NCBI GenBank assembly: GCA_963850305.1
Contig: CAWKKR010000011.1
Coordinates: 1-64,000, forward strand
Reading direction: 5' to 3'
DNA length: 64,000 bases
Source of the DNA: an uncultured delta proteobacterium
GTDB lineage: Bacteria > Myxococcota_A > Polyangia > Polyangiales > Polyangiaceae
Part shown: piece after piece, positions 1-9,954 of the stretch
How positions within the stretch are numbered: position 1 is the first letter of the stretch
Layout of the letters: each line of letters opens with the position of its first letter
Notes under the pieces: model-generated
What the model was told of the DNA's origin: nothing
What the model saw: only the letters and a program-made list of their open reading frames with translations
Database searches by the model: none
Made by a program: the position numbers and the translations under genes

Positions 1-903
1 GGGACGGGCGCCGGTACCAGGGCCGCCGCGGCTCGGGCCGCCTGGCCCGCCGCGGCCGGCCGCCGGGCGCGGCGGCATGTTGCTGGGACTGGGCCGCGGC
101 CCGCCGGGCCGCGGGCCGCCCGGGCGCGCCACATCAGCGGGGGACGGCCGCCCGGAGCCACCGCCGGGCCGCGGGCCGCCTGGCCCGCCGGGGCGGCCCG
201 GGCGGTCCGGGCGGTCCGGGCCTGGCTGGCTGGTGCGCGGCGGCGCGGGACGGGGCGCAATGCCCATCCCGGTGGTCTGGCCGTAGGGGTTGTTACCTGG
301 CCGCGGGCCCGGGCGCGGCGCACCACGGGGGCCGGGCCTGGGGCCGGGAACGGCACCCTGCCCCTGTCCCTGCCGCGGGGCGGGCTGAGGCGTGTCCCGC
401 TGGGACGGGGGCGGCCCCGGCCGTGCCGGAGGCGGGGAGAACGGAACCTGGGGCGCGGGCCCGGGTGCCGGAGCCGCAGGAGCAGCCTGCGGCGGCCCGG
501 CCGCGGGAGCGGCCGGCGCTGGCGCCGGCGAAGCCGGCTCCGCGGCGGTAACGCTGCCTGATATAGCACCATCGCCCGCTGCCAGAGGGGCCACTGGTTC
601 CTCCGCGACCGGCCCGGGTGACGGGGCCCTGGGGGTGCCTGCCGGCCGGCCAGCGGCGGGCTCGCTCCGCCCGTCCTGGGCAACCTTGGGTGGAGCCGAG
701 GCAACCTGGCCATCGGCTTTGCGTGCTTGGGACTGCTTCGGGCCCTGAGCCACGAACGCTTCTTTGAGCCTGCGGACAACGGGCGCCTCGATTGTGGAGG
801 ACGCCGACCGCACGAACTCGCCCATCTCCTGGAGCTTGGCCATCACGGCCTTGCTCTCTACGCCGAACTCCTTCGCGAGTTCGTATACCCGGACCTTCGC
901 CAC
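1..903 (-). CDS. infB: Translation initiation factor IF-2, N-terminal part (runs off the window edge)
   Basis: Reverse strand from GTG at 903 reads [46 protein letters not shown], the actinobacterial IF-2 N-terminus, then a Pro/Gly/Arg-rich linker. It lies downstream of nusA-ylxR. Absent from the ORF track, presumably because it has no stop in the window. Confidence 0.93.
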   Translation of the reverse strand, partial: MAKVRVYELAKEFGVESKAVMAKLQEMGEFVRSASSTIEAPVVRRLKEAFVAQGPKQSQARKADGQVASAPPKVAQDGRSEPAAGRPAGTPRAPSPGPVAEEPVAPLAAGDGAISGSVTAAEPASPAPAPAAPAAGPPQAAPAAPAPGPAPQVPFSPPPARPGPPPSQRDTPQPAPRQGQGQGAVPGPRPGPRGAPRPGPRPGNNPYGQTTGMGIAPRPAPPRTSQPGPDRPDRPGRPGGPGGPRPGGGSGRPSPADVARPGGPRPGGPRPSPSNMPPRPAAGRGGPGGPSRGGPGTGARP

Positions 904-987
904 TGCGCTCCCTCTGCTCGGTCCGGGATCGCCGGACCATCGGGCCGGCCCGGGCGCGAAGCTCCGGCCGGCGTCAGATTCTGCTGT

Positions 988-1386
988 TCATCGCCGCGTT
1001 CTCATCGGGCGCTCATCACAATCGGATCCTGCTTTCCCGGCTGTAACGCCGTTTTTGTCCCGCCCGTGGCTCGCCACCCCGGACGGTCCCGGCTGGTGCT
1101 CCTCGCACAACCGCACCAGATACTGCCCGAGCACAGCGGTCACGGCGGCCCCGTTCAGCCGGAGGGCCCGGCTGAATCCGCGCCGACGTTGTGCTTGCTC
1201 GAAACAGCTCTGGCTCGGATGCACGTAGGCGCCCCGACCAGGCAGCCGCGCCAGTGGGTCGGGGACAACCTCATCCCCGCGCCCCACGACGCGCAGCAAG
1301 TCAGACTTGGCCGCGCGTTCCCTGCATCCCACACAGGTCCGGACCGGAGGCCCGGATCGTGGGGCGGGCAAGGACCGCCTGGCCAT
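988..1386 (-). CDS. ylxR: YlxR (DUF448) RNA-binding protein
   Basis: PVRTCVGCR...LLRVV...GRGAYVHP..C motifs, between nusA and infB. Start codon uncertain. Confidence 0.88.
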   Translation of the reverse strand: MARRSLPAPRSGPPVRTCVGCRERAAKSDLLRVVGRGDEVVPDPLARLPGRGAYVHPSQSCFEQAQRRRGFSRALRLNGAAVTAVLGQYLVRLCEEHQPGPSGVASHGRDKNGVTAGKAGSDCDERPMRTRR

Positions 1387-1399
1387 TCCGGACGTAAGC

Positions 1400-2500
1400 T
1401 TACCGCGCCGGCGCATCGGAGGTACCGCGGCCGGTGGGCGGATCGGCGGTGCCGCCGTCCGGCCGGGCATCACGGTCCCTCCCGGGCCCTCCGTCGTGGT
1501 CTCCGGCGGACCTTCTGCCTGCGGTGTCGTTACCACCCGGATTGTCGGAATGTATGTCGATCTTCCAGCCGGTCAGCTTGTGCGCCAGCCGCGCGTTCTG
1601 CCCTTCCTTGCCGATGGCCAGGGACAACTGGTAGTCCGGCACGATCACCTGCGCCAGCCTGGCGTCGGCGTCGACGATGTTGACCCGGGAGACCCGGGCC
1701 GGGGACAGGGCATTTGCCACGAACTCCGCGGAGTCCTCCGAATAGTCGACGATGTCGATCTTCTCGCCATGCAGTTCGGTCATCACATTCCTGACCCGGC
1801 TGCCCATCGGCCCGATGCAGGCGCCCTTGGCGTTCACGCCGCTCTGGTGCGAGGTCACCGCGATCTTGGTGCGGTGACCGGCCTCGCGCGCGATCGCGAC
1901 GATCTCCACCGCTCCCGAGGCGATCTCCGGCACCTCCAGGGAGAAGAGCCGCTTCACCAGGCTGGGATGGGTGCGGGACAGGGTGATCGAGGGCCCGCGG
2001 TAGCCCTTGCGGACGTGCAGCACGAAGCAGCGCAGGCGTTCCCCGTGCACGTACCGCTCGCCGGGCACCTGCTCGGTAGGCGGCAGGATGGCCTCGACCT
2101 TGCCCAGGTCGACCAGGACCGCGCGGGGGTCCTTGCCCTGCTGGATCACGCCAGCCACGATGTCGCCCTCACGGCCCGCGTACTCGCCGAAGGTGAGCTC
2201 GTCCTCGGCGTCGCGCAGCCGCTGCAGGATGACCTGCCGGGCGGTGGTGGCGGCGATCCGGCCGAAACCGGCGGGCGTGTGGTCGTACTCGCGCAGCACC
2301 TCGCCGTCCTCGCCGGTCTCCGCCGCCCAGACCGTCACGTGCCCGGTGCGGCGGTCCACCTCGACCCGCGCGGTCGCGGCCGAGTCGCCCGACTTGTGGT
2401 ACGCGACCAGCAAGGCGTCCTCGATGGCCTTGATCGCCAGGTCCATCGAGATGTCCTTCTCGCTCTCCAGGCCGCGCAGGACGCTCAGGTCAATGTCCAT
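1400..2500 (-). CDS. nusA: Transcription termination/antitermination factor NusA
   Basis: MDIDLSVLR...[15 protein letters not shown]...[12 protein letters not shown]...[11 protein letters not shown]...[15 protein letters not shown]. Confidence 0.97.
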   Translation of the reverse strand: MDIDLSVLRGLESEKDISMDLAIKAIEDALLVAYHKSGDSAATARVEVDRRTGHVTVWAAETGEDGEVLREYDHTPAGFGRIAATTARQVILQRLRDAEDELTFGEYAGREGDIVAGVIQQGKDPRAVLVDLGKVEAILPPTEQVPGERYVHGERLRCFVLHVRKGYRGPSITLSRTHPSLVKRLFSLEVPEIASGAVEIVAIAREAGHRTKIAVTSHQSGVNAKGACIGPMGSRVRNVMTELHGEKIDIVDYSEDSAEFVANALSPARVSRVNIVDADARLAQVIVPDYQLSLAIGKEGQNARLAHKLTGWKIDIHSDNPGGNDTAGRRSAGDHDGGPGRDRDARPDGGTADPPTGRGTSDAPAR

Positions 2501-3167
2501 CCTGGCCTCCCCCGTTCCCCGCCCGTGCGCGATCAAGCATGGGGCCCGCCTCGGCGCCGGCGGCTCCCGGCCGGCCGAACTCGACCTGCACCTGCCCGGG
2601 GCCGAGTTCGTCGTAGTCGAGTTCGACCTGGTCACCGTCGATGTCCAGGGTCACCGAGGTGGCACCGGCCACGAGAATCCGGCCCTGAAAGGTCGGCGGC
2701 CGCCGCGGCGTTCCCGTGCGGCCCTGATCGTCTCCGCCCGCCACCGCGAGCGGCACGCTGACCAGACGGCCCTGCGCGCGGCGCCAGTGCCGGGGCTCGG
2801 TGAGTGGCCGGTCCACACCCGGGGACGACACTTCGAGGGTGTAGGGGACCTCGCCCATGGCGCCGCTGGCATCCAGGCACACCGACACCTCGCGGCTGAC
2901 CTCGGCGATCGCGTCCAGGCCCACCCCGCCGTCGGCGTCCACCACCACCCTGAGCAGCCTGCGCCGCCCGGCCGGGCTGACCCGGACCGACTCCAGGTCC
3001 AGCCCCGCCGCACGGACCACCGGCTCAAGCACGCGCGCCAGGTCGGCCGGCTCGGGCACCGGACCCGGCCCGCGGCCGCGGCCGGTACCGGTACCGGCTG
3101 CGCCCTGGGTTCGTCCGTGGCCACGCCGGGGGCGTGACTGTGCGTGACGGGAGTCACCGTTCATCAC
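2490..3167 (-). CDS. rimP: Ribosome maturation factor RimP
   Basis: [14 protein letters not shown] motif, C-terminal VQVEF, directly upstream of nusA. Start uncertain. Confidence 0.93.
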   Translation of the reverse strand: MMNGDSRHAQSRPRRGHGRTQGAAGTGTGRGRGPGPVPEPADLARVLEPVVRAAGLDLESVRVSPAGRRRLLRVVVDADGGVGLDAIAEVSREVSVCLDASGAMGEVPYTLEVSSPGVDRPLTEPRHWRRAQGRLVSVPLAVAGGDDQGRTGTPRRPPTFQGRILVAGATSVTLDIDGDQVELDYDELGPGQVQVEFGRPGAAGAEAGPMLDRARAGNGGGQDGH

Positions 3168-3488
3168 GACCTCCTCGCCCGCGGCCTGTGCTGTTGTCTG
3201 TCAGCTCACTAGCCTAGCCGGACCGCGAGGCAACTTAACCTGGTCAAGGCCTGATGCGGCGGGCTGAGTCCGGGGCGGCAGGCGGCGGGGGGAGCCGGGC
3301 CAGCGCCCGTGGGGCGCCCGGCCGTCCCGGGCCAGGCCCGGCGCCCGGCCGTGGGATGCTGGTAAGCCCGCCACTACGCTGCGTCTGCGGCCGGACAGCA
3401 ATGGCCCTACAGTGGCGGCCAGGCAATGGCGGGCGGCGGCAGCGGCAGCGGGCTCCGCGCGCGGCGGGCAGTGGCAGGGAGGTGCGCG

Positions 3489-4001
3489 ATGGCGCGGGAT
3501 GCGACGCGGCGCCGCGTGCTCACCGTGGCTGCGGCGACGCTGCCCCTGCTGATGGCGGGCTGCAAGGGCATCGCGGCGCTTGGCCCCCCGCCGAAGGCCG
3601 CTCCCGACGTGGCCGTGGCCACCGACGCCATCGCGGTGGAGACCCAGCTCATCGCCCGTTACGGCGAGGTACTGGCGGCGAACCCCGGGCTGGCGCCCGC
3701 CCTGCGCCCGCTGCTGGCCCAGCATCACGAGCACCTCACGCGGCTGCGCGCCCGGCTCATCGTCCCGGTCGGCGGGCAGCCGCTGCCCACCCCCCGTGCC
3801 ACGGCGCGCCACACCGCCCCGGTGCCGGGCACGCCAGCGGCCGCGCTCGGCTACCTGCGTGACGCCGAGGACGCCGCGTCCGGTGCACTGCTCACCCACC
3901 TGGCGACCGCGCCGCCGTCGCTCGCCCAGTTGCTGGCCAGCATCTCCGCCTCGGAGGCAACGCACGCACTGATCCTCGGCACCGCCGCGAGGCACTCGTG
4001 A
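3489..4001 (+). CDS. Putative Tat-exported lipoprotein, ferritin-like fold
   Basis: TRRRVL signal and MAGC lipobox, HHEHL helix, LLASISASEATH. Usual neighbour of DUF4439 beside rimP in actinomycetes. Confidence 0.65.
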   Translation: MARDATRRRVLTVAAATLPLLMAGCKGIAALGPPPKAAPDVAVATDAIAVETQLIARYGEVLAANPGLAPALRPLLAQHHEHLTRLRARLIVPVGGQPLPTPRATARHTAPVPGTPAAALGYLRDAEDAASGALLTHLATAPPSLAQLLASISASEATHALILGTAARHS

Positions 4002-4507
4002 CCGCCGCCGTCGCGGCCCTGCAGCAGGCGCTGGCCGCGGAGAACTCCGCCGTCTACGGCTACGGCGTGGCGGGCGCGCACCTGACCGGGGCACGGCGGT
4101 CGGCCGCGGTCCGCAGCTGGGTCGGCCACCAGAACGCAAGGGATGCCCTCACTGCCCTGCTCACCGCGCGCGGCGCGGAGCCGGTGGCCGCCGCGGCCGT
4201 GTACCAGCTGCCGTTCACCGTGCACAGCGCCGCGGCGGCGGTCGCGCTTGTGACGCTGCTCGAGGACCGGCTCAGTGCGGCGTACCTGGGGCTGGTCGGG
4301 CTGGACGACCCGGCGCTGCGCACGTTCGGCGCACGGGCGGTCCGGGCGGCGGCGCTGCGCGCGGCCACCTGGCGGCGCGGCACCCTGGCCTTTCCCGGGC
4401 TCGACGTGCCGGTGCCGCGGGCTCCCGGGCCGGCCAGCCAGGGCAGCGGCTCACCGGCCCCGTCCGGCCCGGCACACGGCAAGCCGACCCCGTCACACCC
4501 GGGCTGA
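3998..4507 (+). CDS. DUF4439 ferritin-like domain protein
   Basis: ALQQALAAENSAVYGYGVAG...AFPGL, overlapping the upstream stop (GTGA). Confidence 0.8.
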   Translation: MTAAVAALQQALAAENSAVYGYGVAGAHLTGARRSAAVRSWVGHQNARDALTALLTARGAEPVAAAAVYQLPFTVHSAAAAVALVTLLEDRLSAAYLGLVGLDDPALRTFGARAVRAAALRAATWRRGTLAFPGLDVPVPRAPGPASQGSGSPAPSGPAHGKPTPSHPG

Positions 4508-4525
4508 CCCGTCACACCCGGGCTG
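4489..4525. repeat. 18-bp tandem duplication spanning the DUF4439 stop
   Basis: cccgtcacacccgggctg occurs at 4489 and 4508. Confidence 0.75.
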
Positions 4526-4532
4526 GCCCCGG

Positions 4533-4844
4533 CTATCCCCAGCTCCGCCTGGTGAGCACCTGCTCGATCTTGGCCGAGGCGTCGTCGAGGTCCGCCGTGC
4601 AGGCGATCCGCTCGGCCCAGGACCACCAGAACCACCAGGTGCCGTCCTGGCCGCGCCAGGCGTAGACGTCTTCGGCCGGGCCGGCCGGGTGCGCAACCTC
4701 CAGCCTGGGAATACGCCCGGACACGGAGATCAGGCTCGCGGCCATGCCCCGGCGGCGCAGCACTCCGGCCAGGTGCTCAAGGCGGTGCAAATTGGCGTCT
4801 CGAAGGCCGGGAACGTCCCGTTTCGGCCGCGTTATCGATGCCAT
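4533..4844 (-). CDS. Hypothetical protein with a Trp-rich motif
   Basis: Non-shadow-like composition (EDVYAWRGQDGTWWFWWSWAERIA), fills the gap between convergent genes. Confidence 0.6.
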   Translation of the reverse strand: MASITRPKRDVPGLRDANLHRLEHLAGVLRRRGMAASLISVSGRIPRLEVAHPAGPAEDVYAWRGQDGTWWFWWSWAERIACTADLDDASAKIEQVLTRRSWG

Positions 4845-5148
4845 CGAAGGTCATCCTTAGTGACGAATAATCAACGCGGAGTAATACTACGGCGGAAAAG
4901 AACGCAGCGGGGTGCGGTTGCACCATTCGGTACCCCCAGCACCCGCCCTGGCGGTTCCGCCGCAGGTGGAGGGCCCCGGCCACGGCCGGCCGGCCGCACG
5001 GGCCCGGTGGCCCGGCGGCCCGTTCCAGCCGCGATGAGCGTGACGCCGGAGAGTCAATATGGCCGGCATTGCCGCTTGCCAAGGCCGGTTATTTCGCGCC
5101 ATTCCGCATCAGGCGCTGGCGGTGCGAACGGCCACGGGCCGTCCGGCC

Positions 5149-7263
5149 TCAGCCCAGCGGCGCCGGCAGCGGCTGGGCGTGCAGTACGGTCAGCCGGGAC
5201 ACCGCGCGGGTGAGCGCCACGTACAGCTGGTGCAGCCCGTAGGAGTGCCCGGCGGCGATGGCGGCAGGCTCGGCCACGATCACGTGGTCGAACTCCAGGC
5301 CCTTGGCCAGGCTGACGGGCACCAGGGTGAGCCGGGCGTCCGGGCCCTCGCTGCCGAGGACACGGTGCGTCATCCCGGCCCGGCCCAGCGCCCGGGCCAG
5401 CGCGCTCACCTGGCCGTCCGCGGCGATCACCGCAGCGGATCCAGGCCGCCCCAGGGCGTCGGCACAGGCCTGGGCGAGCGCGGCCGGGAAGCTGCCGGGC
5501 GTGGTGCCGGTAACCGCCAGCGCGCCCGGGTCCTGGCGGAACGACCTGGCCGGGGGCACACCGGGAGCGATCCGTGGCAGCAGCAGGCCGGCGTAGTCCA
5601 GGATCTGCCTGGGCACCCGGTAGCCGGTCTCAAGCAGCCGCAGCCCGGCCTCCGGCTTGCCCAGGTGGCCGAGCAGGGCGGCCCAGTCCGCCACGGCCGC
5701 GGGGGTGGTGGCCTGGGCCAGGTCGCCGAGCACCGTGGCCGAGCCGGTGGCGCAGCGGCGGCCCACCGCGCGGCACTCCATCGCCGACAGGTCCTGCGCC
5801 TCGTCCACCACCACGTGGGACAGGCTGGGAATCCGGTCGATGAGATCGCGGGCCTCGTCCACCAGGACGGCGTCCGCGGCGGACCAGCGCGCCGACCGGG
5901 GCCCGCGCGGCGCCACGGGCCAGCTGATCTCGGCCTGCTCCGCGGGGTCAAGCAGGCCGCCGGCGGCCCGCGCGAGTAGTTCGGGCTCTGCCAGCAGCCG
6001 CAGCACCAGGCGGACCGGATCCGCGCCCGGCCAGACCTCGTCCACCACCGCGCGCACCTCGCGGGTCCGGCGCACCGACTCGTGGGTGCGGTCGTCGCAC
6101 GTCTCCCCCGCCGCCTCCATCCGGGTGAGCACCACATGCGCGATCCGGTGGCCGAGCATGTCCCGGCCCGGGCCGTAGCGGACCCCCCGGTCGCGCAGTT
6201 CGCGGGCCAGCCCGGCGATCTCGTCCGCGGGCACCCGCCACCGCCGGGACCCGCGGCTGAGCATGAGCCCGCCGACCGGCTCGGACAGCCCGGCCCACAG
6301 CGCACGGCGCAGGACCTCCGCCATCCGGGCGTCGCCCTTGATGCGGGCCGCGCGCTCGGTATCGGTGGCCCGGACCTCGACGGTGGCGACCAGGTCGGCG
6401 ATCGTCACCTGGCTCACCCCGACCTCGCCCAGCGCCGGGAGCACGTTGCCGATGTAGGAGAGAAACGCACGGTTCGGCCCGATCACCAGCACTCCGCCCC
6501 GTTTCATCCGGTTCGCGTGCGCATAGAGCAGGTAGGCGACCCGGTGCAGGCCGACCGCGGTCTTGCCGGTGCCCGGCGCACCCTGCACGCACACGGTCGT
6601 GTCGGCGTCGGCACGGACGATGTCGTCCTGGTCGGGCTGGATCGTCGCCACGATGTCGCGCATGGGGCCCGACCTCGGCCGTTCGATCTCGTCCAGCATG
6701 ATCTGGCTGGGCTGCTGGCCGCCGGGCGCCGGGCCGGGCACCGCGCCGCCGAACTCCTCGTCCTCGTAGGCGGTCAGGCTTCCGCCGGAGAACCCGAACC
6801 TGCGCCGCCGCGCCAGGTCCATCGGATCTGACTGGCTGGCCCGGTAGAAGGCACGGGACACCGGCGCGCGCCAGTCGATCACGATCGGGTGCCCGGCCGG
6901 GTCGTGGACGTGCCGCCGGCCGATGTGGAAGCGCGCCCCGTCCGCTCCTGCCACACCTTCTTCACTCCAAACGCTCCCCGGGGCGTAGTCGAGCCTGCCG
7001 AAGAACAGCGGGGCGTCGGGGATATCACGCAAGGCCTCGGCGCGGTGATAAAGGTCTGCCTTGAGGTACTCGATGGACACGCGGTCGCCGCCCAGTGCGG
7101 GCAGCGCGAGGACGTCCTCCCGCATCAGCCGCAGGTACTCGCGGGACTCGCGGAGATGCTCACGTTCGGCGGCGAGGACGGGGTCAGCGGGTTTGGCTGG
7201 ATCGGATTCGGCTGGGTCAGCCGGCTCGGCGGGTCTGGCGTCTGTCCCGCTCTGCGAGGGCAT
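5149..7263 (-). CDS. helD: HelD-family (UvrD-like SF1) RNA polymerase-associated ATPase/helicase
   Basis: LFFGRLD, IGRRH, IDWRAP, MRDIVATIQPDQD, Walker A GAPGTGKT, LHRVAYLLY, VVDEAQD, AKGLEFDHV, LYVALTRA. Confidence 0.88.
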   Translation of the reverse strand: MPSQSGTDARPAEPADPAESDPAKPADPVLAAEREHLRESREYLRLMREDVLALPALGGDRVSIEYLKADLYHRAEALRDIPDAPLFFGRLDYAPGSVWSEEGVAGADGARFHIGRRHVHDPAGHPIVIDWRAPVSRAFYRASQSDPMDLARRRRFGFSGGSLTAYEDEEFGGAVPGPAPGGQQPSQIMLDEIERPRSGPMRDIVATIQPDQDDIVRADADTTVCVQGAPGTGKTAVGLHRVAYLLYAHANRMKRGGVLVIGPNRAFLSYIGNVLPALGEVGVSQVTIADLVATVEVRATDTERAARIKGDARMAEVLRRALWAGLSEPVGGLMLSRGSRRWRVPADEIAGLARELRDRGVRYGPGRDMLGHRIAHVVLTRMEAAGETCDDRTHESVRRTREVRAVVDEVWPGADPVRLVLRLLAEPELLARAAGGLLDPAEQAEISWPVAPRGPRSARWSAADAVLVDEARDLIDRIPSLSHVVVDEAQDLSAMECRAVGRRCATGSATVLGDLAQATTPAAVADWAALLGHLGKPEAGLRLLETGYRVPRQILDYAGLLLPRIAPGVPPARSFRQDPGALAVTGTTPGSFPAALAQACADALGRPGSAAVIAADGQVSALARALGRAGMTHRVLGSEGPDARLTLVPVSLAKGLEFDHVIVAEPAAIAAGHSYGLHQLYVALTRAVSRLTVLHAQPLPAPLG

Positions 7264-7482
7264 GCGTCATCACCTCGGAAGGTAGGAGGGATGGGGGCAC
7301 AAGAGCGCAAGAGTTTACCTGGACTCCACCAGAACCTCACCTTATTTTCGGCCCGCCGCCTTTCCGCCCCTGCTGCACCCGCCTTTTCACCCACTGCCTT
7401 CCCGCCCGCGGCCGCGCGGTCCGTCCTGGCACCCGCCGCCAGGCCGGTCCGGGCTCAGCCAGCCCCGGCCCAGCCAGCCGAC

Positions 7483-8217
7483 TCAGCCAGCCCGGCTCAC
7501 CACCACCGGCCGGACCGTCAGCGGTGCGGCAGCGCCTTGCGAGCTGTGGCCGGCGCGACGGTGGAAGGCGACGGCCACGCCGGCGACCACTATGGCGGCG
7601 ACCGCGATGACCGCGGCCGGGGACCACTGGAGGATCCCCGCGCCCGCCACGGCCCCGGCGAGCATGGCGGCGACGGAACCGAGCCGGCGGTGCGGCCTTG
7701 CCCCGGGGCCGCCCGCCCACGCGCTGTCGGCAGCCAGCCCGGTGAGGGTCAGGGTCAGCACGGTGGTGGTCAGGTCGGCGGCGCCGAGATGGCGGACCGT
7801 GCTGTTCTGCACGCCGAGCGCCGCGGCGAGGACGGCGATGGTGGCGAATCTACCGGTCCCGGTGAAGGGCAGCGCGCCGGTGCCGGTGAGCGCGGCGGCC
7901 ACGCCGAGGATCACCGCTTCCCCGGCGAGCGCGCCGGCCAGCCAGCGGCCCGGCCGGGCGGCAAGGGCATGCGCGGCCCGGCCGCCGGCCAGCGCGCCGA
8001 GCAGGAACCCAGCGATCGCGATCACCGACGCCGCCGCGGACAGGCCCGAGCGCGAGTCCGCACTGAAGCCGAGGAACACCACGTTGCCGGTCATGTTCGC
8101 GACGAACACCCGGCCGAGGCGCAGGTAACTGACGGCGTCGACAAGCCCGGTGACCGCGGTCAGGGTCAGCAGCGCGGCCACCGTCCGCCGGGAGCTGAGC
8201 GGAGAGGAGACAGCCAT
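7483..8217 (-). CDS. YoaK/DUF1275 family membrane protein
   Basis: GLVDAVSYL, VFVANMTGNVVFLG, GVQN, LTTTVLT motifs. Confidence 0.85.
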   Translation of the reverse strand: MAVSSPLSSRRTVAALLTLTAVTGLVDAVSYLRLGRVFVANMTGNVVFLGFSADSRSGLSAAASVIAIAGFLLGALAGGRAAHALAARPGRWLAGALAGEAVILGVAAALTGTGALPFTGTGRFATIAVLAAALGVQNSTVRHLGAADLTTTVLTLTLTGLAADSAWAGGPGARPHRRLGSVAAMLAGAVAGAGILQWSPAAVIAVAAIVVAGVAVAFHRRAGHSSQGAAAPLTVRPVVVSRAG

Positions 8218-8247
8218 GGGTACTCATTCCTCCCAGGTTGGGCCGGG

Positions 8248-8757
8248 TCAGCTGACCGCACCGAGCGCGGCACTGACGCTGGCGATGATCGCCCCGCCGA
8301 TCGCGATCGACACGAACGAGCGGACGAAGCCGGTGGCAAAGAAGCGCCACCGGATCCAGGCCAGCGTCACCAGCTCGAACGCGATCGTGGCGAGCGCCAC
8401 GGCCAGGGCGGCGCGGTAGGCCGGGATCAGGAACGGCAGGGTGTGCAGCACGCCGCCGAGGAACGTGCCCGCCCCGGTGATCGCCCCGCGCAGATACGGG
8501 TTGCCGCGCCCGGTCAGGTCCCCGGTGTCGGACAGGCCCTCGGAGAAGGCCATGCTGACGCCCGCGCCGATCGCGGTGGCCAGCCCGGCGAAGAACGCGA
8601 GGTGCGGCTGGTGGGTGGCGAGCGCGACGGCGAAGACCGGCGCCAGGGTGGACAGCGACCCGTCGATCAGGCCCGTCATCGCGGGCTGCGCCCGCTGCAA
8701 CAGGAACGACCGCTCGTCCCGCTGCCGGGACGGCCGGGCCAGCGTGTGGATGGTCAC
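8248..8757 (-). CDS. VIT1/CCC1-like membrane protein (resembles the MbfA C-terminal domain, stand-alone)
   Basis: QPAMTGLIDGSLSTLAPVFA, GAGVSMAFSEGLSDTGDLTGRGNP, GGVLHTLPFLI. Confidence 0.8.
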   Translation of the reverse strand: MTIHTLARPSRQRDERSFLLQRAQPAMTGLIDGSLSTLAPVFAVALATHQPHLAFFAGLATAIGAGVSMAFSEGLSDTGDLTGRGNPYLRGAITGAGTFLGGVLHTLPFLIPAYRAALAVALATIAFELVTLAWIRWRFFATGFVRSFVSIAIGGAIIASVSAALGAVS

Positions 8758-8779
8758 GGCAGGCTCCTTATCGATCTTA

Positions 8780-8928
8780 GAAACTGAACTTATCGTTTCG
8801 TATATGCAGCAACCGGCGGTGCGGGCCGGCTATTCCCGGCCCGCACCCGCGTGGCAGCCGGGAGCGGCAGCCGGGAATAGCGGAGCCGGTGCCGGTGCTG
8901 CAACTATCGAAACTGATGGTATAGTTTT
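8780..8928. promoter_or_regulatory. Two 20-bp imperfect palindromic operator-like sites in a divergent promoter
   Basis: 8780-8799 GAAACTGAACTTATCGTTTC and 8909-8928 GAAACTGATGGTATAGTTTT, consensus GAAACTGAnnnTATnGTTTy. Confidence 0.65.
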
Positions 8929-8992
8929 GATTATCCAGAACGCGTCCGCAGCTCTGGCGGGCACGGAGCGCCCTCGGATGACTGGAGGAGTC

Positions 8993-9952
8993 ATGCAGAA
9001 GACACAGCTCAGGACCGGCCCGCTGGGGGCCACCGGCCTGGAGATCACCCGAGTCGGTTTCGGCGCGTGGGCGATCGGCGGCGGCGGCTGGGAGTTCGGC
9101 TGGGGACCGCAGGCCGATGACGAGTCGATCGCCGCGATCCACCGGGCGCTCGACCTCGGGGTGAACTGGATCGACACCGCCGCTGCCTACGGCTTCGGCC
9201 GCTCCGAGCAGATCGTCGGCCGCGCGCTGCGGGGACTCAGCGAGCGCCCTTTGGTGTTCACCAAGAACTCGCTGCTGGACGATGGCACCCGGCACGTCCG
9301 GCACAGCCTCAAGCGCGACTCGATCCTGCGCGAGGCAGAGGCAAGCCTGCGGCGGCTCGGGCTCGATGCGATCGACCTGTATCAGATCCACTGGCCTATC
9401 CCGGACGAGGACATCGAGGAAGGCTGGGCGGCCATGGCCGAGCTGAAGGAACGCGGCCTGGTACGGCACATCGGCGTGTCCAACTTCAGCGCCCGCCAGT
9501 TGCAGCGCATCCAGCCGATCGCTCCGGTCGAGACGATCCAGCCGCCGTACTCGCTGATCGACCGGGCGGCGGAGACGGAGGTCCTGCCGCTCGCACAGCG
9601 GGACGGCATCGGCGTGATCGTCTACTCCCCGATGGGCTCCGGCCTGCTGACCGGGGGGATCACCCGGGAGCGGCTCGCGGCAATGCCCGCCGATGACTGG
9701 CGCAAGACCGACCCGCGGTTCACCGAGCCGCAGCTCAGCCGGCACCTCGCTCTCGCCGCACGGCTGCAGGCGGTCGCCGCCCGGCACGACAGCACTCCCG
9801 GCGCCGTCGCGGTCGCCTGGGCGCTGCGGAACCCCGCCGTGACCGGCGCGATCACCGGGTTCCGCCGGCCCGCCCAGGTGGACCCGATCCTGCCGGCGGC
9901 GGGCCTGGTGCTCACCGGCGAGGACATGGCCGAGATCGAAGCAGTGAACTGA
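8993..9952 (+). CDS. Aldo/keto reductase
   Basis: GFGAWAIGG, WIDTAAAYGFGRSE, DLYQIHWP, IGVSNF, YSPMGSGLL. Confidence 0.93.
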   Translation: MQKTQLRTGPLGATGLEITRVGFGAWAIGGGGWEFGWGPQADDESIAAIHRALDLGVNWIDTAAAYGFGRSEQIVGRALRGLSERPLVFTKNSLLDDGTRHVRHSLKRDSILREAEASLRRLGLDAIDLYQIHWPIPDEDIEEGWAAMAELKERGLVRHIGVSNFSARQLQRIQPIAPVETIQPPYSLIDRAAETEVLPLAQRDGIGVIVYSPMGSGLLTGGITRERLAAMPADDWRKTDPRFTEPQLSRHLALAARLQAVAARHDSTPGAVAVAWALRNPAVTGAITGFRRPAQVDPILPAAGLVLTGEDMAEIEAVN

Positions 9953-9954
9953 GG

